This document shows positions 41,601 through 52,990 of a stretch of 64,000 nt of DNA, in pieces. Position 1 is the first letter of the stretch. Each line of letters begins with the position of its first letter. A program made the position numbers and the translations under genes. Under the pieces are notes generated by a model. That model searched no databases. It was not told the DNA's origin and worked only from the letters and a program-made list of their open reading frames with translations. Origin of the DNA: Antedon mediterranea (taxonomy: Eukaryota > Animalia > Echinodermata); NCBI RefSeq assembly GCF_964355755.1, contig NC_092673.1:19093648-19157647 (forward strand), given 5' to 3'.

Positions 41601-44600
41601 TGAAATTGGTTTTCTGTCAATATAAACAGCAGCAAAAATTACAGCTAAATAATGTAGTAAAAAATCATATTTGTCATTATTGATAAATAGAATGGTTTAC
41701 AGCAGAGAATGGTTGCCTACTACACTAGCAAATACCTGTGGATTACCTTATTTTGCAATGTTGCTGCAGACACATTATGATTTAAAAGACAAGTAAGTAT
41801 ATCTAAGGTAGGATTTACTTTACTCAGATATACATGTAATGGAGTGTTCCCATCCTGGAAAGGAATAAAAATAATAAAGTTTATAAATACTGACAACAGA
41901 CATTATGTGAAATTGGTTTTCTGTCAATATAAACAACAGCAAAAATTACAGCTAAATAATGTAGTAAAAAATCATATTTGTCATTATTGATAAATAGAAT
42001 GGTTTACAGCAGAGAATGGTTGCCTATTACACTAGCAAATCCATGTGGATTACCTTATTTTGCAATGTTGCTGCAGACGCATTATGATTTAAAAGACAAG
42101 TAAGTATATCTAAGGTAGGATTTACTTTAATCAGATGTACATGTAATGGAGTGTTCCCATCTTGGAAAGGAATAAAAATAATAAAGTTTATAAATACTGA
42201 CAATAGACATTATGTGAAATTGGTTTTCTGTCAATATAAACAGCAGCAAAAATTACAGCTAAATAATGTAGAAAAAAATGATATTTGTCATTATTGATAA
42301 ATAGAATGGTTTACAGCAGAGAATGGTAGCCTACTACACTAGCAAATCCCTGTGGATTACCTTATTTTGCAATGTTGCTGCAGACACATTATGATTTAAA
42401 AGACAAGTAAGTATATCTAAGGTAGGATTTACTTTACTCAGATATACATGTAATGGAGTGTTCCCATCCTGGAAAGGAATAAAAATAATAAAGTTTATAA
42501 ATACTGACAATAGACATTATGTGAAATTGGTTTTCTGTCAATATAAACAGCAGCAAAAATTACAGCTAAATAATGTAGTAAAAAATGATATTTGTCATTA
42601 TTGATAAATAGAATGGTTTAGAGCAGAGAATGGTTGCCTACTACACTAGCAAATACCTGCAGATTACCTTATTTTGCAATGTTGCTGCAGACGCATTATG
42701 CTTTAAAAGACAAGTAAGTATATCTAAGGTAGGATTTACTTTACTCAGATATACATGTAATGGAGTGTTCCCATCCTGGAAAGGAATAAAAATAATAAAG
42801 TTTATAAATACTGACAACAGACATTATGTGAAATTGGTTTTCTGTCAATATAAACAGCAGCAAAAATTACAGCTAAATAATGTAGTAAAAAATCATATTT
42901 GTCATTATTGATAAATAGAATGGTTTACTGCAGAGAATGGTAGCCTACTACACTAGCAAATCCCTGTGGATTACCTTATTTTGCAATGTTGCTGCAGACG
43001 CATTATGATTTAAAAGACAAGTAAGTATATCTAAGGTAGGATTTACTTTAATCAGATGTACATGTAATGGAGTGTTCCCATCCTGGAAAGGAATAAAAAT
43101 AATAAAGTTTATAAATACTGACAACAGACATTATGTGAAATTGGTTTTCTTTCAATATAAACAGCAGCAAAAATTACAGCTAAATAATGTAGTTAAAATT
43201 TTAAATTTTTAATTTCAATGAAAAGAATTTTTTTAATTATTATGAAAATATATATATATTTTTAATACCTCATTGATAGATGTCACAAGATCTGGCTGTG
43301 TTCTACAAATGTGTTTAATTGTTTGAAAATCATTCCTATGCAAAGCTTCTTCTAATTCGTTCCTGTTTAAATGATTATAAAAGGTTATAATGAACTGTTA
43401 CATTATTTTATGAAAATGACGATTGATGGAAATAATATCATCACTAGAATTTAATTCGTCACTTTGACGAATTATAGGTGATCATTTTTATCATTTTACT
43501 GATATTAATTTTTTTTTTTACATGCACGTACGTTAACATACGATCGGAAAATGTTGATGTATGCCATCCTATTATACGCTTATAGTGCTGAGTTGTGCCT
43601 ATTATATGCCATATACAATAATGTACAGTATATAATGTATATCTATATACAGTGTAGCATAGGTGAAATTATGGGACACATCATGTTCTAATTTTTTGGT
43701 ATGATGGAATTATCAAAATAAACTCGAAATGGCAATTTCGAAAGATAATAAATTGAGCAAATAAATATAAGAATTGGAAGCGAATTTGGCACATAGAAGC
43801 GCTGTGCGCGCTCTTTGAAATTTGTATAACTTTGACGAAAAAGATGAAAAAACTACTTTTTAAATTCAACTGGCCATATGTTAACGTCACAACATCCGAT
43901 AGGCTTGATTTTTATATGAATTCATATCTATATTTCATCAGCTTTCATAATAAATTGTAATCATCAAGGTAACCGTCAATTCTGAAGAGCTGTAAAATAT
44001 TCAAATTTACGGCGAAGGTGAAATTACACGACCTACATTATTCAAGTTTATACGCGTGATGACGTCATCGAAATAAAAATAGTGGGAAATCATGAGAAAG
44101 TCAATTAATTGAGCAATCACATACTAAAATTTGAGCGAAAATCGGGTACAAAATAACAGAGATGCGTTCTATTGAATGTGACAAAATATGACGAAAGAGA
44201 AAAAAAACTTAATTTTAAATTCAAGTGGCCATTCGATGACGTCAAAACATTTTGTACGTACAATGTGTACATGTATTCATATCTACAACTCAATGGCTTC
44301 CAGAATAAGTTAAAAAAATTGGGGGTCATCGTGCATTCTGGAGAATTATTTTCATTTTAAAAATGCCTTATTTTTCACCATTTTCAGAACTTTGATGCAA
44401 TTATTTTGCTCATTTTGTCATTTTGAACCTGCTCGTATAGCGTTATTTTAAGTCGGAACTGACTCAAATTTGGTGAATGTACTAAGGATGGTGAGTAGAA
44501 TGCGATTTGTAAAAAAAAATCGTATTTTTACGCTTTTTAAGTATCGCTTTTTAAGTGGAGCACTGTGGCGCAGTGGTTAGAGCATTGGACTTGCAATCAA

Positions 44601-47255
44601 GAGGTTGTCGGTTCAAGCCCCGGCTTGGTCACTGCAGTGTTGAGTCCTTGAGCAAGATTCTTTATCCACATTGTTCCTCCCCACCCAGGTGATAGAAATG
44701 GGTACCGGTATGTAAAAAAGTACTGGGAAGGTAAATCAGACTCGTTTGTGCGGGAGGAGTGGCGTACCCCCCACAACATACACACTTAGTGGAGTCTGGC
44801 CCAAACGCTATGGAAATGGAGATGGGCACCACGGCCGTTAGCATTAGCTTAGGTTTCGACTTTACCTTTTTTTTTTTTTTTTTTAAGTATCGCGCGCGCA
44901 AAAATTATTTTTTGCGCAGTAATTTTTTGAAAAACGCAAATTCATTGATCAAAACTTAATTTTGAACTTTTTAAATTTTTAAAGAGCGATTTCACGCGCA
45001 TGACCCTACGTACGTATTCGTTTTTTATTTGGTAATATTTTTAGCCTTGACCTGAAGTTTACGTGTAGTGAATTTCATTAATATGTGATAATGAATTATG
45101 GAGATATGATTGATAATGTGATTTCACAAAATGGCGTATAAATGACGTCACGGATGAGTGATCACGCTGAAAAGCTTATTAGGATTAAGTTATATTATTT
45201 GAAAGATACTAGATGGCACGCTCGCTTCGCTCGCGTACCATCTAGGGGTGCTCACAGATGGTTCTCGAATACAGTAGAATCCACGGACGGGGACTTTTTT
45301 GGGACACTAAACAAAAACGGAAGTGTCCCCCTAATTCAGAAATAGAGACAACAAAACCAATACTGGATTCCATAAAGGACAATTAATTTATGTGGATTAA
45401 AGAAATTAGGGAGAAATGGAAATGTATGTACGGGAATTGGGCGGCACGTGGTGGTGGTGATGGAACCGCAGTAATAAAGTTGATTGTATTTATATATTAT
45501 AAGAACCAAACTAAATAAATAGACCTAGACATTCTGCGAAATGGAAATCGGAAATTCAAGCTCCTATTCAGTGAAAAATTAAACTGTAGTCTACCTAAAT
45601 ATTTAGGGCAAATCATCGGTTGTGGTGTTGAAATTCCTGTAAACATTTGTGTGAACCAAACTGGGTCGAATTTCTGTCATGAGTACTGATTTGTTGGCCT
45701 GTGATTTATGACGCCTAAGGGATCTATCTAGACTTATTTTTTAGAATAATGTACGTACCTGTCAGATACAATTGTCTTGTGTCGTATAATAAATAAGTAC
45801 TGTAATAGTTACTGAAGTTACTATTACAATCTCGTCAATGAAAACACGAAAATGTATATGCACTTACTTATGAAAACGTATACAGTATTATACTCAGTTA
45901 TTGAAACAGTATGTTTTAAAAAAAGTTTCGTTTGTCTGTAAAATGATGTAATCAAGCTGTTTACATGAGTCTTAATTTATAAGCACATCAATAATAAAAT
46001 AGTTTATCTATCCTGTAATTGGCGAGATTATGGTCGCTGTTGAATGAAATAAAGCCAATCGGTATCATATTTGTACAGAAACGTTTTCGCGGCCGAAGGG
46101 TGTAACCTAAATTCGTTGTATTATCGTCAAAAACTAACTGTAACTAAACTTACATAGAAAGTAGGGTATCATAAATTTGGCCTTAGCACTCGGGGGAGTG
46201 GCTAAGATGAAGTCCGTGGGACTACTAAATATAAATTGTAATGAACCTCGAGGGACATAAATAGGAATATTTCATGTTTCATTATCAATGTATAATAAAT
46301 GGAAACTGTTTACCGATTCAAATAATAGAAATTGGTTTTTAACATATTCCGAACCTATTGCAAGTTTATTCTCAAAGGGCCCATATATTTACCTACCGTA
46401 TGTGTTAAACCAAGGGCTCATAAATTTACCTACAGTACTTGTGTTAAACCAACTCTGGCAGACTGAGAGATTGGGATGTTCCATTCATCGCAAATCAATA
46501 CATTTGTATAATCGTATATTAAATCTATCAAAATAGTATTTTTTAAAGAAAATCGGCCTGTCTTCAACATTATGATGGTGTACTCTAGCTGTTCAACCGG
46601 TTTTCAGCTATTAAAAACAATTATCGTAGGAGGAGATAGAAAAATGCGAAGCCTCCTCGCATTTTTTTGGCGGGTATTTTTCAAGATGGACATCCATTAG
46701 ACAGTGTATACCACGATCGGAAAACACCCCTATTTGGGGCAAATCGTTGAACCTAAATTCGTTTTAATCGTCAATAACTAATTATCTAACTCAATTTAAT
46801 TAGTAAACAGGGTTACATCAGGCGGTTAAAATCAGTACCGAAAGTACGAACCAACTTTACATACCATCGAGTGAAAATTCTAGAAGTAAGGCGCGATTTA
46901 CCGAATTTTGCCCTTACGTAAATTTATATATAGATTATGAAATTTTGGTAATCATTGACATTAAACTTTTTGAGATAATTGTTACACAAAATAGTGTACA
47001 GAAACAATAACATTAAAGATTTGATACAATAACAATAGCTGATCATTTTATTCTAAATGATCACCTAATTAAATTTGATGAGAATGGGCCCTTTAATTGT
47101 AATATTTATGTCGTAATCTTTTAAGAAAATTTGAAAAGTAATTTTTCTCAAAATAATATCTTAAATTGTTATCTTTTTCATTTAAACTATAAATTAATTG
47201 AAGGTTAATCTGTTTGATTTGAAATAAAAAAAATTAAAAAAACGTACCTTTCCAT
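20150..47255 (-). CDS. Multi-exon kinase-less Roco protein: ankyrin repeats - Roc GTPase - COR - tandem DED (about 1210-1290 aa to the end of the DED exon; 3' end uncertain)
   Basis: Hand-spliced GT-AG exons, phases all compatible, no stops: 47248-47255 (ATG), 43269-43362, nine 108-nt ANK exons in 40519-43082 (two with mutated acceptors), 35528-35612, 31459-31539, 30245-30392, 29755-29840, 29357-29421, 28990-29071, 27837-27994, 27052-27141, 26696-26875, 26279-26536, 25731-25925, 24821-25015, 24323-24628, 24087-24158, 23152-23365, 20830-20862, 20150-20686. Motifs DGNTPLH, GQEGVGKT, TDGI, WDHGGQ, VGTHK, LNFLYDLGEI..VVLDP. Confidence 0.88.
21040..22912. repeat. 88-bp intronic minisatellite, about 21 copies (variant units at the right end)
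   Basis: ORF track repeats every 88 bp; unit gtaagaggaatgaagatatcacagctaatagcagcatgttgtaacaatgtatagattatcaataatgattctgatagtactactactg. Confidence 0.97.
23152..25925 (-). CDS. COR domain exons of the Roco gene
   Basis: LLNFLYDLGEIVY..LSDKVVLDPMRL, GILEEDLLRKLW..FLVALMIQFGFI, FFVPL, YYDFEGYLPDVLFPYLI and the Cys-rich end RCIPCRC are typical COR signatures following Roc. Confidence 0.85.
26279..30392 (-). CDS. Roc (Ras-of-complex) GTPase exons of the Roco gene, with an acidic insert between G2 and G3; the last exon runs into COR
   Basis: G1 LKVIGQEGVGKT (30245-30392), G2 VTDGI (29755-29840), G3 FNIWDHGGQLIYHGLHRMFMTLQALYIVVFDLS (27837-27994 and 27052-27141), G4 ILIVGTHKG (26696-26875), G5-like YFAIEN and PLKW (26279-26536). 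Confidence 0.9.
27237..27568. mobile_element. MITE family A copy (opposite orientation)
   Basis: ttaa|agatgtattgtccccc...ggggacaatacat; the body is the reverse complement of 18123-18466. Confidence 0.8.
28595..28905. mobile_element. MITE family A copy (degenerate)
   Basis: tgtccccttgaaaaaat...ctgccagccaatgg...catgttttttggggacaata. Confidence 0.75.
32700..33900 (+). mobile_element. Degraded non-LTR retrotransposon reverse-transcriptase fragment (RTEX/CR1-like)
   Basis: Frameshifted motifs EQSGFRKGFRTLDNIFILNSII, GIQQGSP, NHLLYAADLLLFA (YADD equivalent), YGSETWG, RSELGR. Confidence 0.85.
36093..38608. mobile_element. Foldback derivative of an Academ DNA transposon
   Basis: TAGG..CCTA termini; inverted arms of about 1 kb with aaaatggcgg subrepeats; internal remnants FFHTISGCDRTSS.GKGK, QDPANWGW..LPEL and CKCRKSDLRCTELCGC. 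Confidence 0.85.
38620..38790 (-). pseudogene. Relic of the 307-bp ankyrin unit with most of the exon deleted
   Basis: ccctgtacattaccttctttgcaatgttgctg joined directly to intronic atactgacaacaaacattatgtgaaattgg; acceptor and TPLH codons are missing. Confidence 0.7.
40021..40206. repeat. About 88-bp tandem duplication, about 2.2 copies
   Basis: caggagtggaaccagaaataaa recurs at about 40022, 40105 and 40186. Confidence 0.8.
40340..43195. repeat. 307-bp tandem repeat, about 9.3 copies (108-nt exon plus 199-nt intron)
   Basis: Exact 307-bp periodicity of 'ggattaccttattttgcaatg' and 'gtgttcccatc'; intronic parts are near-identical between copies. Confidence 0.97.
40519..43082 (-). CDS. Nine tandem phase-0 ankyrin-repeat exons (108 nt, 36 aa each) of the Roco gene
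   Basis: Exons 42975-43082, 42668-42775, 42361-42468, 42054-42161*, 41747-41854, 41440-41547*, 41133-41240, 40826-40933, 40519-40626. Consensus DGNTPLHV[HY]L[IS]KVNPTLDILTCLL[NK]HNASAATLQNK, bounded by tttccag| and |gtaatc. * marks acceptor cag changed to caa. Confidence 0.9.
44557..44884 (+). mobile_element. tRNA-derived SINE, apparently full length
   Basis: A box TGGCGCAGTGG, B box GGTTCAAGCCC, core gtccttgagcaag...cacccagg...aaatgggtacc, tail actttacct(T)n, flanking duplication tttttaagtatcgc. Confidence 0.9.
45208..47070. mobile_element. Possible Helentron-associated/unclassified non-autonomous element
   Basis: 5' hairpin ctagatggcacg..cgtaccatctag and 3' stem-loop tgatcattttattctaaatgatca; no coding remnant recognised. 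Confidence 0.3.
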
Positions 47256-47562
47256 TGCAAAAATACAGTGTCTTCATTTAACATTTATTAATGCCGATAG
47301 CTTCTAGTGTAAAAGTAAGCCTACTCATTCTCTTCTGAAAATAGAAAAGGTAAACATTTAATCTTTCCTGGTATGTAAACTATCTGTATTTCTATCTAAA
47401 CTATCTAAATGCCTATTGAAGTAATATACCATAATATAGATGTTTCTGATGCTGGCTGTTTTACTTTGTCGTTTGGATTTAGCTTTTGCTTATTATATGT
47501 GTACATTGAGATACAGCTACTGATACTCACAACAATGTCATTTTGTTAAAATATAAGTTTAA

Positions 47563-47872
47563 AGATTGTCACCCAAAAACATGAAAAATGAAGATTAATT
47601 AAATCAGACTTTGAATAGCTGGTTTTGTAGTTTTAATAAAGTTAATCACTTCTGTAGAAAAAAAAACGAAAAGAAATAACGTTTTCACTTTACACAAAAA
47701 CCATTGGCTGGCAGCCAAATTGATTAATTTTTGCTTTAAAATACCATTTTTTCAGGTAAAAAAATGTTTTCAATTAAACTTTTGGTCAAAGTGGATACCT
47801 ATTATGGGACATTAAAATGGCATTCAACAAAAAAAAATAATTATTATTTTTAAATGGGGAATAATACATCTT
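47563..47872. mobile_element. MITE family A copy (opposite orientation)
   Basis: ttaaagattgtcacccaaaaacatgaaaaatgaag...ggggaataatacatcttta. Confidence 0.75.
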
Positions 47873-47910
47873 TATAGCTATCAAATTGTCTGATACTATC
47901 TTGTATGATT

Positions 47911-48373
47911 TTAAATGTTCATATCTCCAACTCTGTAGCCTGAGGTTTTTAAATGTTCATATCTCCAACTCTGTAGCCTGAGGTTATTAAATGTTCATAT
48001 CTCCAACTCTGTAGCCTGAGGTTATTAAATGTTCATATCTCCAACTCTGTAGCCTGAGGTTATTAAATGTTCATATCTCCAACTCTGTAGCCTGAGGTTA
48101 TTAAATGTTCATATCTCCAACTCTGTAGCCTGAGGTTATTAAATGTTCATATCTCCAACTCTGTAGCCTGAGGTTATTAAATGTTCATATCTCCAACTCT
48201 GTAGCCTGAGGTTATTAAATGTTCATATCTCCAACTCTGTAGCCTGAGGTTATTAAATGTTCATATCTCCAACTCTGTAGCCTGAGGTTATTAAATGTTC
48301 ATATCTCCAACTCTGTAGCCTGAGGTTATTAAATGTTCATATCTCCAACTCTGTAGCCTGAGGTTATTAAATG
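47911..48373. repeat. 38-bp minisatellite, about 12 almost identical copies
   Basis: Unit taaatgttcatatctccaactctgtagcctgaggttat, head-to-tail with no spacers. Confidence 0.97.
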
Positions 48374-48639
48374 CATAGCTTTTGTTAGACAACCCTCAGC
48401 TCTGTCTACAATATCAAACTTGACAAAGAAATTGTTATGTTCTCAAATAGGGTAGTGATATGACCTCATCATGTCCATATATGGTGGTGTAGACAGAGCT
48501 TTACAAATAATTTTCAGGAAATAAAAGAAACTAGTGCGAATCATCATTAATTCCTAATATGTGTGTTGTATTCAAAACAATGCAATGCAAAAAATACCAA
48601 TTGTTTGTGTCACAGTAACTGTGTGGTACAAAGACAATA

Positions 48640-49138
48640 CTTCGGCCCTGAGACGATTCAGCACACTTACATTTATCGGCTTTGATGCATTTTATAAGCA
48701 TAAAATAAGCTTTTTTCCCCAAACTTTATTTTTAGAGAGACTGGGGTAGTACTACTAGGAATAAAGATGCAATAAAGCAAACATTTTGAAAACATTGTCG
48801 AAAATGATCATTTTTTAGTCATGTGAACGATGTAAACAAGTTACGCCCTCTGTTGGCCGATTGGCGAATGCACGAAATAAACGAAGGTTTTCGAAGTAAT
48901 ATATTGAATATAAAATTACGTTTTTTTAGTAATTTATTATATATATTATATCAACATTGTCAATATTAATAAAATACGGATTGTTAAACACCTTTAAAAA
49001 CTTGATAAATACCCAAAAAAATGAATATGAATTTGGTCTAAAGTGAGACGTTTCGGCCCAGTGGGCCGAAACGTCCTACTAAAAGTGGGCCGAATAGTCC
49101 CGGGCCGAATCGTCTCAGGGCCGAATCTTCCCTGAACC
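48640..49138. mobile_element. MITE remnant with ggccgaa subterminal repeats
   Basis: Right end gggccgaatcgtctcagggccgaatcttccctgaacc; inverted partial ttcggccctgagacgattc at 48641. Confidence 0.6.
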
Positions 49139-50334
49139 GCTTACTGGATATACAAATGGAATGGAAACTTCAGTATTATCAGACTGTTGAACATAAAACT
49201 GGTGAAAGTGTATACATACTGACAAGCTATTCCAGCAGAAACATTTTATATTTCAATATTACTGTATGCGTTTCATACATACAACATGTATAAAATATAA
49301 TCCCATCAGACAAAAACATTAAAGGCTACGACAATTAACTTGCATCTGTATGCTGGTGTTACTGAATGAAGATGAAAATTGTAGTCTTTGTTCTCACACT
49401 ACATACTTCTGCTGGATTAGATCAAGCAAAATTTATGTGTCTTGTGTTGTTTAACTGTACTGTTTATTTGTAACCTTCAAATGACAAAGAGCTTAAAACG
49501 TCAAATTACTGTAATGAAATAAAAACACACACAGTCACTAACAATAAATTCATAAAGAGTTGGTGGTATTGGTAACCATAACTTACCCTTGTAGGTTCAT
49601 GTCTGAATATTCCTCCAATCCCTGGTCCATCGTCAAAGGTGTTTATTGTTATGCTAAGTGCCAACACCCTGTTTACAGCGTTCTGTGTGTCACATGACTT
49701 TGTGAGTCAGTCTTGCATACTAGAAAATAACAGAAAATATAAGTTGTCAACTTATATTATTATTATAAGTAGTTTCTATATACAGTACTTCATATTAACA
49801 AAGAACAACCTTTTGTAAAGAACATGTTAACTAGAGCATATGAAATCATTTTACTACACAATTGGCATCTGGATATTGTCCAGGCAAGTTGGTTAAGTCA
49901 ATAAAAGAGTGTATACACAATAGCAAGGCACACTATGATATCATGGTGGAAATAAATAATGTAATTTTTTTTATTTCCTTCATGATATTACCAAGTATTT
50001 AAATTCACAAATGATTATTCTTTGTGTTAGTTGTAAACAACATGACATTTTTTTAATGAATATTTCAGTGATACCCTCACAGCATTCTAATTCCGATTTC
50101 AACTAATCCTCTTCTGGATGTCACCATAGGAAATAGAATGCTGAGGATGGTGATAGGTGACACTGAAATATTTGTCAACAATTGTTGACCAGTTTTATCC
50201 GTATCCTGATATTTATATTATTTATTAACTTAATTATTAAATAATTTATATAAATTTAAATGATATATAATAAACAAAAACCACAACAAGCCTGTTCACT
50301 GTGCATTTTACCATTACCGTTTCTGAACCAATCA

Positions 50335-50596
50335 AAATAAAACTTACACCTAAATTCCCCATTAGTATGGAGTGTGTCCTTATATAAAATGTATCACTTA
50401 ATTAACAATCCATATGAACAATAAAAACTTACACCTAAATTCCCCATTAGTATGGAGTGTGCCCTTATAAAATGTATCACCTAATTAACAATCCATATGA
50501 ACAATAAAAACTTACACCTAAATTCCCCATTAGTATGGAATGTGTCCTTATATAAAATGTATCACCTAATTAACAATCCATATGAACAATAAAAAT
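50335..50596. repeat. About 86-bp tandem repeat, 3 copies
   Basis: aacttacacctaaattccccattagtatgga occurs three times. Confidence 0.9.
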
Positions 50597-50971
50597 GTAT
50601 TTACTTTACTTTTTTATTTCAAATTTTTACCATGACAATAACAAATAAATCCTAACTGTCAATCATCAGTCAATAAGCTTTATTTTATTTTTGCTTAAAT
50701 ATAAACATTAATTATTATTCTTAAGTTCACCAGGTTCAAATTTATTCAACAGGAAAAAAAACATCATAAATGAAGATTAATAAATCAAACTTTGAATAGG
50801 GAATTCTGCAGCTTCAACCCATTGTCTGATAATTTGACTATTGTTTGCATTATTTTCAAGTAAATAGTTTTATTTTCGCTCCAATTTTTGGTCAAAGTGA
50901 ATAACTATTATGACATTAAAACTGCATATATTCAAGAAAAATATATATATTTTCCGGGTGATGATATATCT

Positions 50972-52990
50972 TTAATGGATTTCAGTATACAGGAGCAAAT
51001 CTGTCATGCTTAAAGACCCCTTCCCTGCAATTTTGGACGTTTTTTGGAAAATAATACATATATATCACTTTAAAAACATTAAACCATGTCATTCCTTGTC
51101 TTAAATGTACGTTTTATGGTAAATTATGATAAAAAGTGAGAAACAATGCACTACCTAAGTAGCTCGCGGCGATCGACCTCTCGTGGACGGTCTTAGGCCT
51201 AGCCTAGCTAGGCTTAGTTTTGTAGGCCTAGCTTGTAAACATCGATAACGTACGAACATCGTACGCTAGCTATATACCTAGCCTGACGTTGTATAGTTGC
51301 TGCATTAATTGTCTTTTTATTTTTGCCAGACTCCGTTGATACAAATTGGGGAAAACCCGGTATTTTCGCTGAAAAGTTAGGAGTCTTCCATTTGTTTTGG
51401 CTTCACGATCGATCGAAAAGTGGGCGAATTACAGGTGAAAAACAAAAATATCAATCCGCGCGCAATGCATTTTGGGATTTATAGCGGGCCGCTATAATTA
51501 TTAGAATCGATTTATTTTTCACATTTTTAACCGTTTAAAGACGAAAAAAGTTATCGCAATAGGACCATATAGTATTATTTTTACATTAAATATAGTTTGT
51601 GATCTTAAATTAGATCTAAAAAACGTAGGGAATGGGGCTTTAAATTAAACTGCAAAAACTATCCTATTTAGGACATTTTTTTTTAATTGTCTACAATTCT
51701 TTAAAAAGAAATTATATATTCTTTGTAATGCTAGCGACTTGAGTGTTTAAACTTAGAATATCTTTTTTTAAATTTATATATTGTACACATAAGGCCAAAA
51801 TATATATATTTGTGTAAATACTTTATTTGTCACTCTCATAATATAATAATATAAAAACTTCATTAACAATTATGACAAAACAGACCAAAACAAATCAGTT
51901 TTCGCTATTCGAGTTTTGGCCCTTAACGTAAAATGCATTAATTATTAACAAAATTTATTGTAAAGTTTAATTAAATAAGTTAAGTAAAGTTATATACTTG
52001 TTAAGCGTCAATTTCAGGGGAGGGAAGGTGTACTATATTTCAATAGATCATCGACATTGATTTATGCTACCATTTAGAAATAAACCGACAACTCTTTCAA
52101 ACATGAACAAATGTCAGAATCACTATACTGTATACATCTTTAAAAACTAAAGAAAAAATATTTAATGCAATAAAATTGTAACAAAGATTAGTTGCCCCAA
52201 GTCTGTAGTTTATATTCTCTTTTTTATGTTCGTCCACCGGATAGCGTTTCAATTTTTTTTTGGAAACTACTGTGTTTTTTTTCTCGATGATCTATCAATT
52301 AGCATTACACGTATGAAACGCCATATGTGGCAATATACTTAGCTTTTTACTAACATTATGTCAAAACACATTCTAGAACCTACCTGTAGACTACCCAAAT
52401 ATCTGAAGTTGACATACTAAACTAATTGAAATGAGAGAACTCACTCATTAGACAGATGTGATGAAGAAAATAACAGAAATTGCTTGACATGAAGAGAAAA
52501 GGAAAAATTAAAATGTGAAAAAATATTAATAGGTCAATTTGACGATGATAATTATTAAATTGTCAATTCCCAAAGTGATTTATTTTTAAATCTTTAGTAC
52601 ATTCTTGTAATGATATTTTGTCTATTTTGTAATAACATATTGATTGATATTCATATTTAGTTATTGTTAACAATTACTTTATCAACTGGAATTTATTACA
52701 ACTTAACAATATAAACACCCAAGAAAATGGCCTGGTAATTAGATTCCAATATTTTTAGTTAAATTTCCCAACAAAAACGAGAAATATGTTAATTTATACA
52801 TTTTTGGAATGTATATCATTATTATTTATCATTTTTTCAGAACAATAATAAACGATATAATGGGTACATAACATATATATTGCATTTTTTTATGAATTCA
52901 TTTTTTTACGTCTCTTTGGTGTACTATGGAAACCTCTGGTTTGCAAAAAAAAAATGTTTTGTATCACCTTTTTTAAACCTAATCATCATT
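50972..52990. repeat. Segmental duplication copy 2 (5' intron of the Roco gene)
   Basis: Same colinear match to 2346-4632; this copy carries an extra TTAA-flanked element at 51014-51639. Confidence 0.93.
51014..51639. mobile_element. TTAA-flanked non-autonomous element (Kolobok-type), absent from the paralogous site
   Basis: ttaa|agaccccttccct...agggaatggggct|ttaa; the empty site is at about 2383-2392. Confidence 0.88.

Noticed and set aside
40481-42911. Plus-strand 93-aa ORFs in the 307-bp array
   Set aside because: Antisense shadows that are stopped in most units; the minus strand has the splice sites and the ankyrin motif.
44557-44630. tRNA-Cys(GCA) gene
   Set aside because: The acceptor stem does not pair and the sequence continues into a SINE body, tail and flanking duplication.
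20150-47255. DAPK1, LRRK or MFHAS1 orthology
   Set aside because: No kinase or LRR exons were found and the C-terminus is tandem DED-like, so no gene symbol is assigned.
47911-48373. 38-bp repeats of CRISPR-like length
   Set aside because: Head-to-tail with no unique spacers, no cas genes, eukaryotic context.
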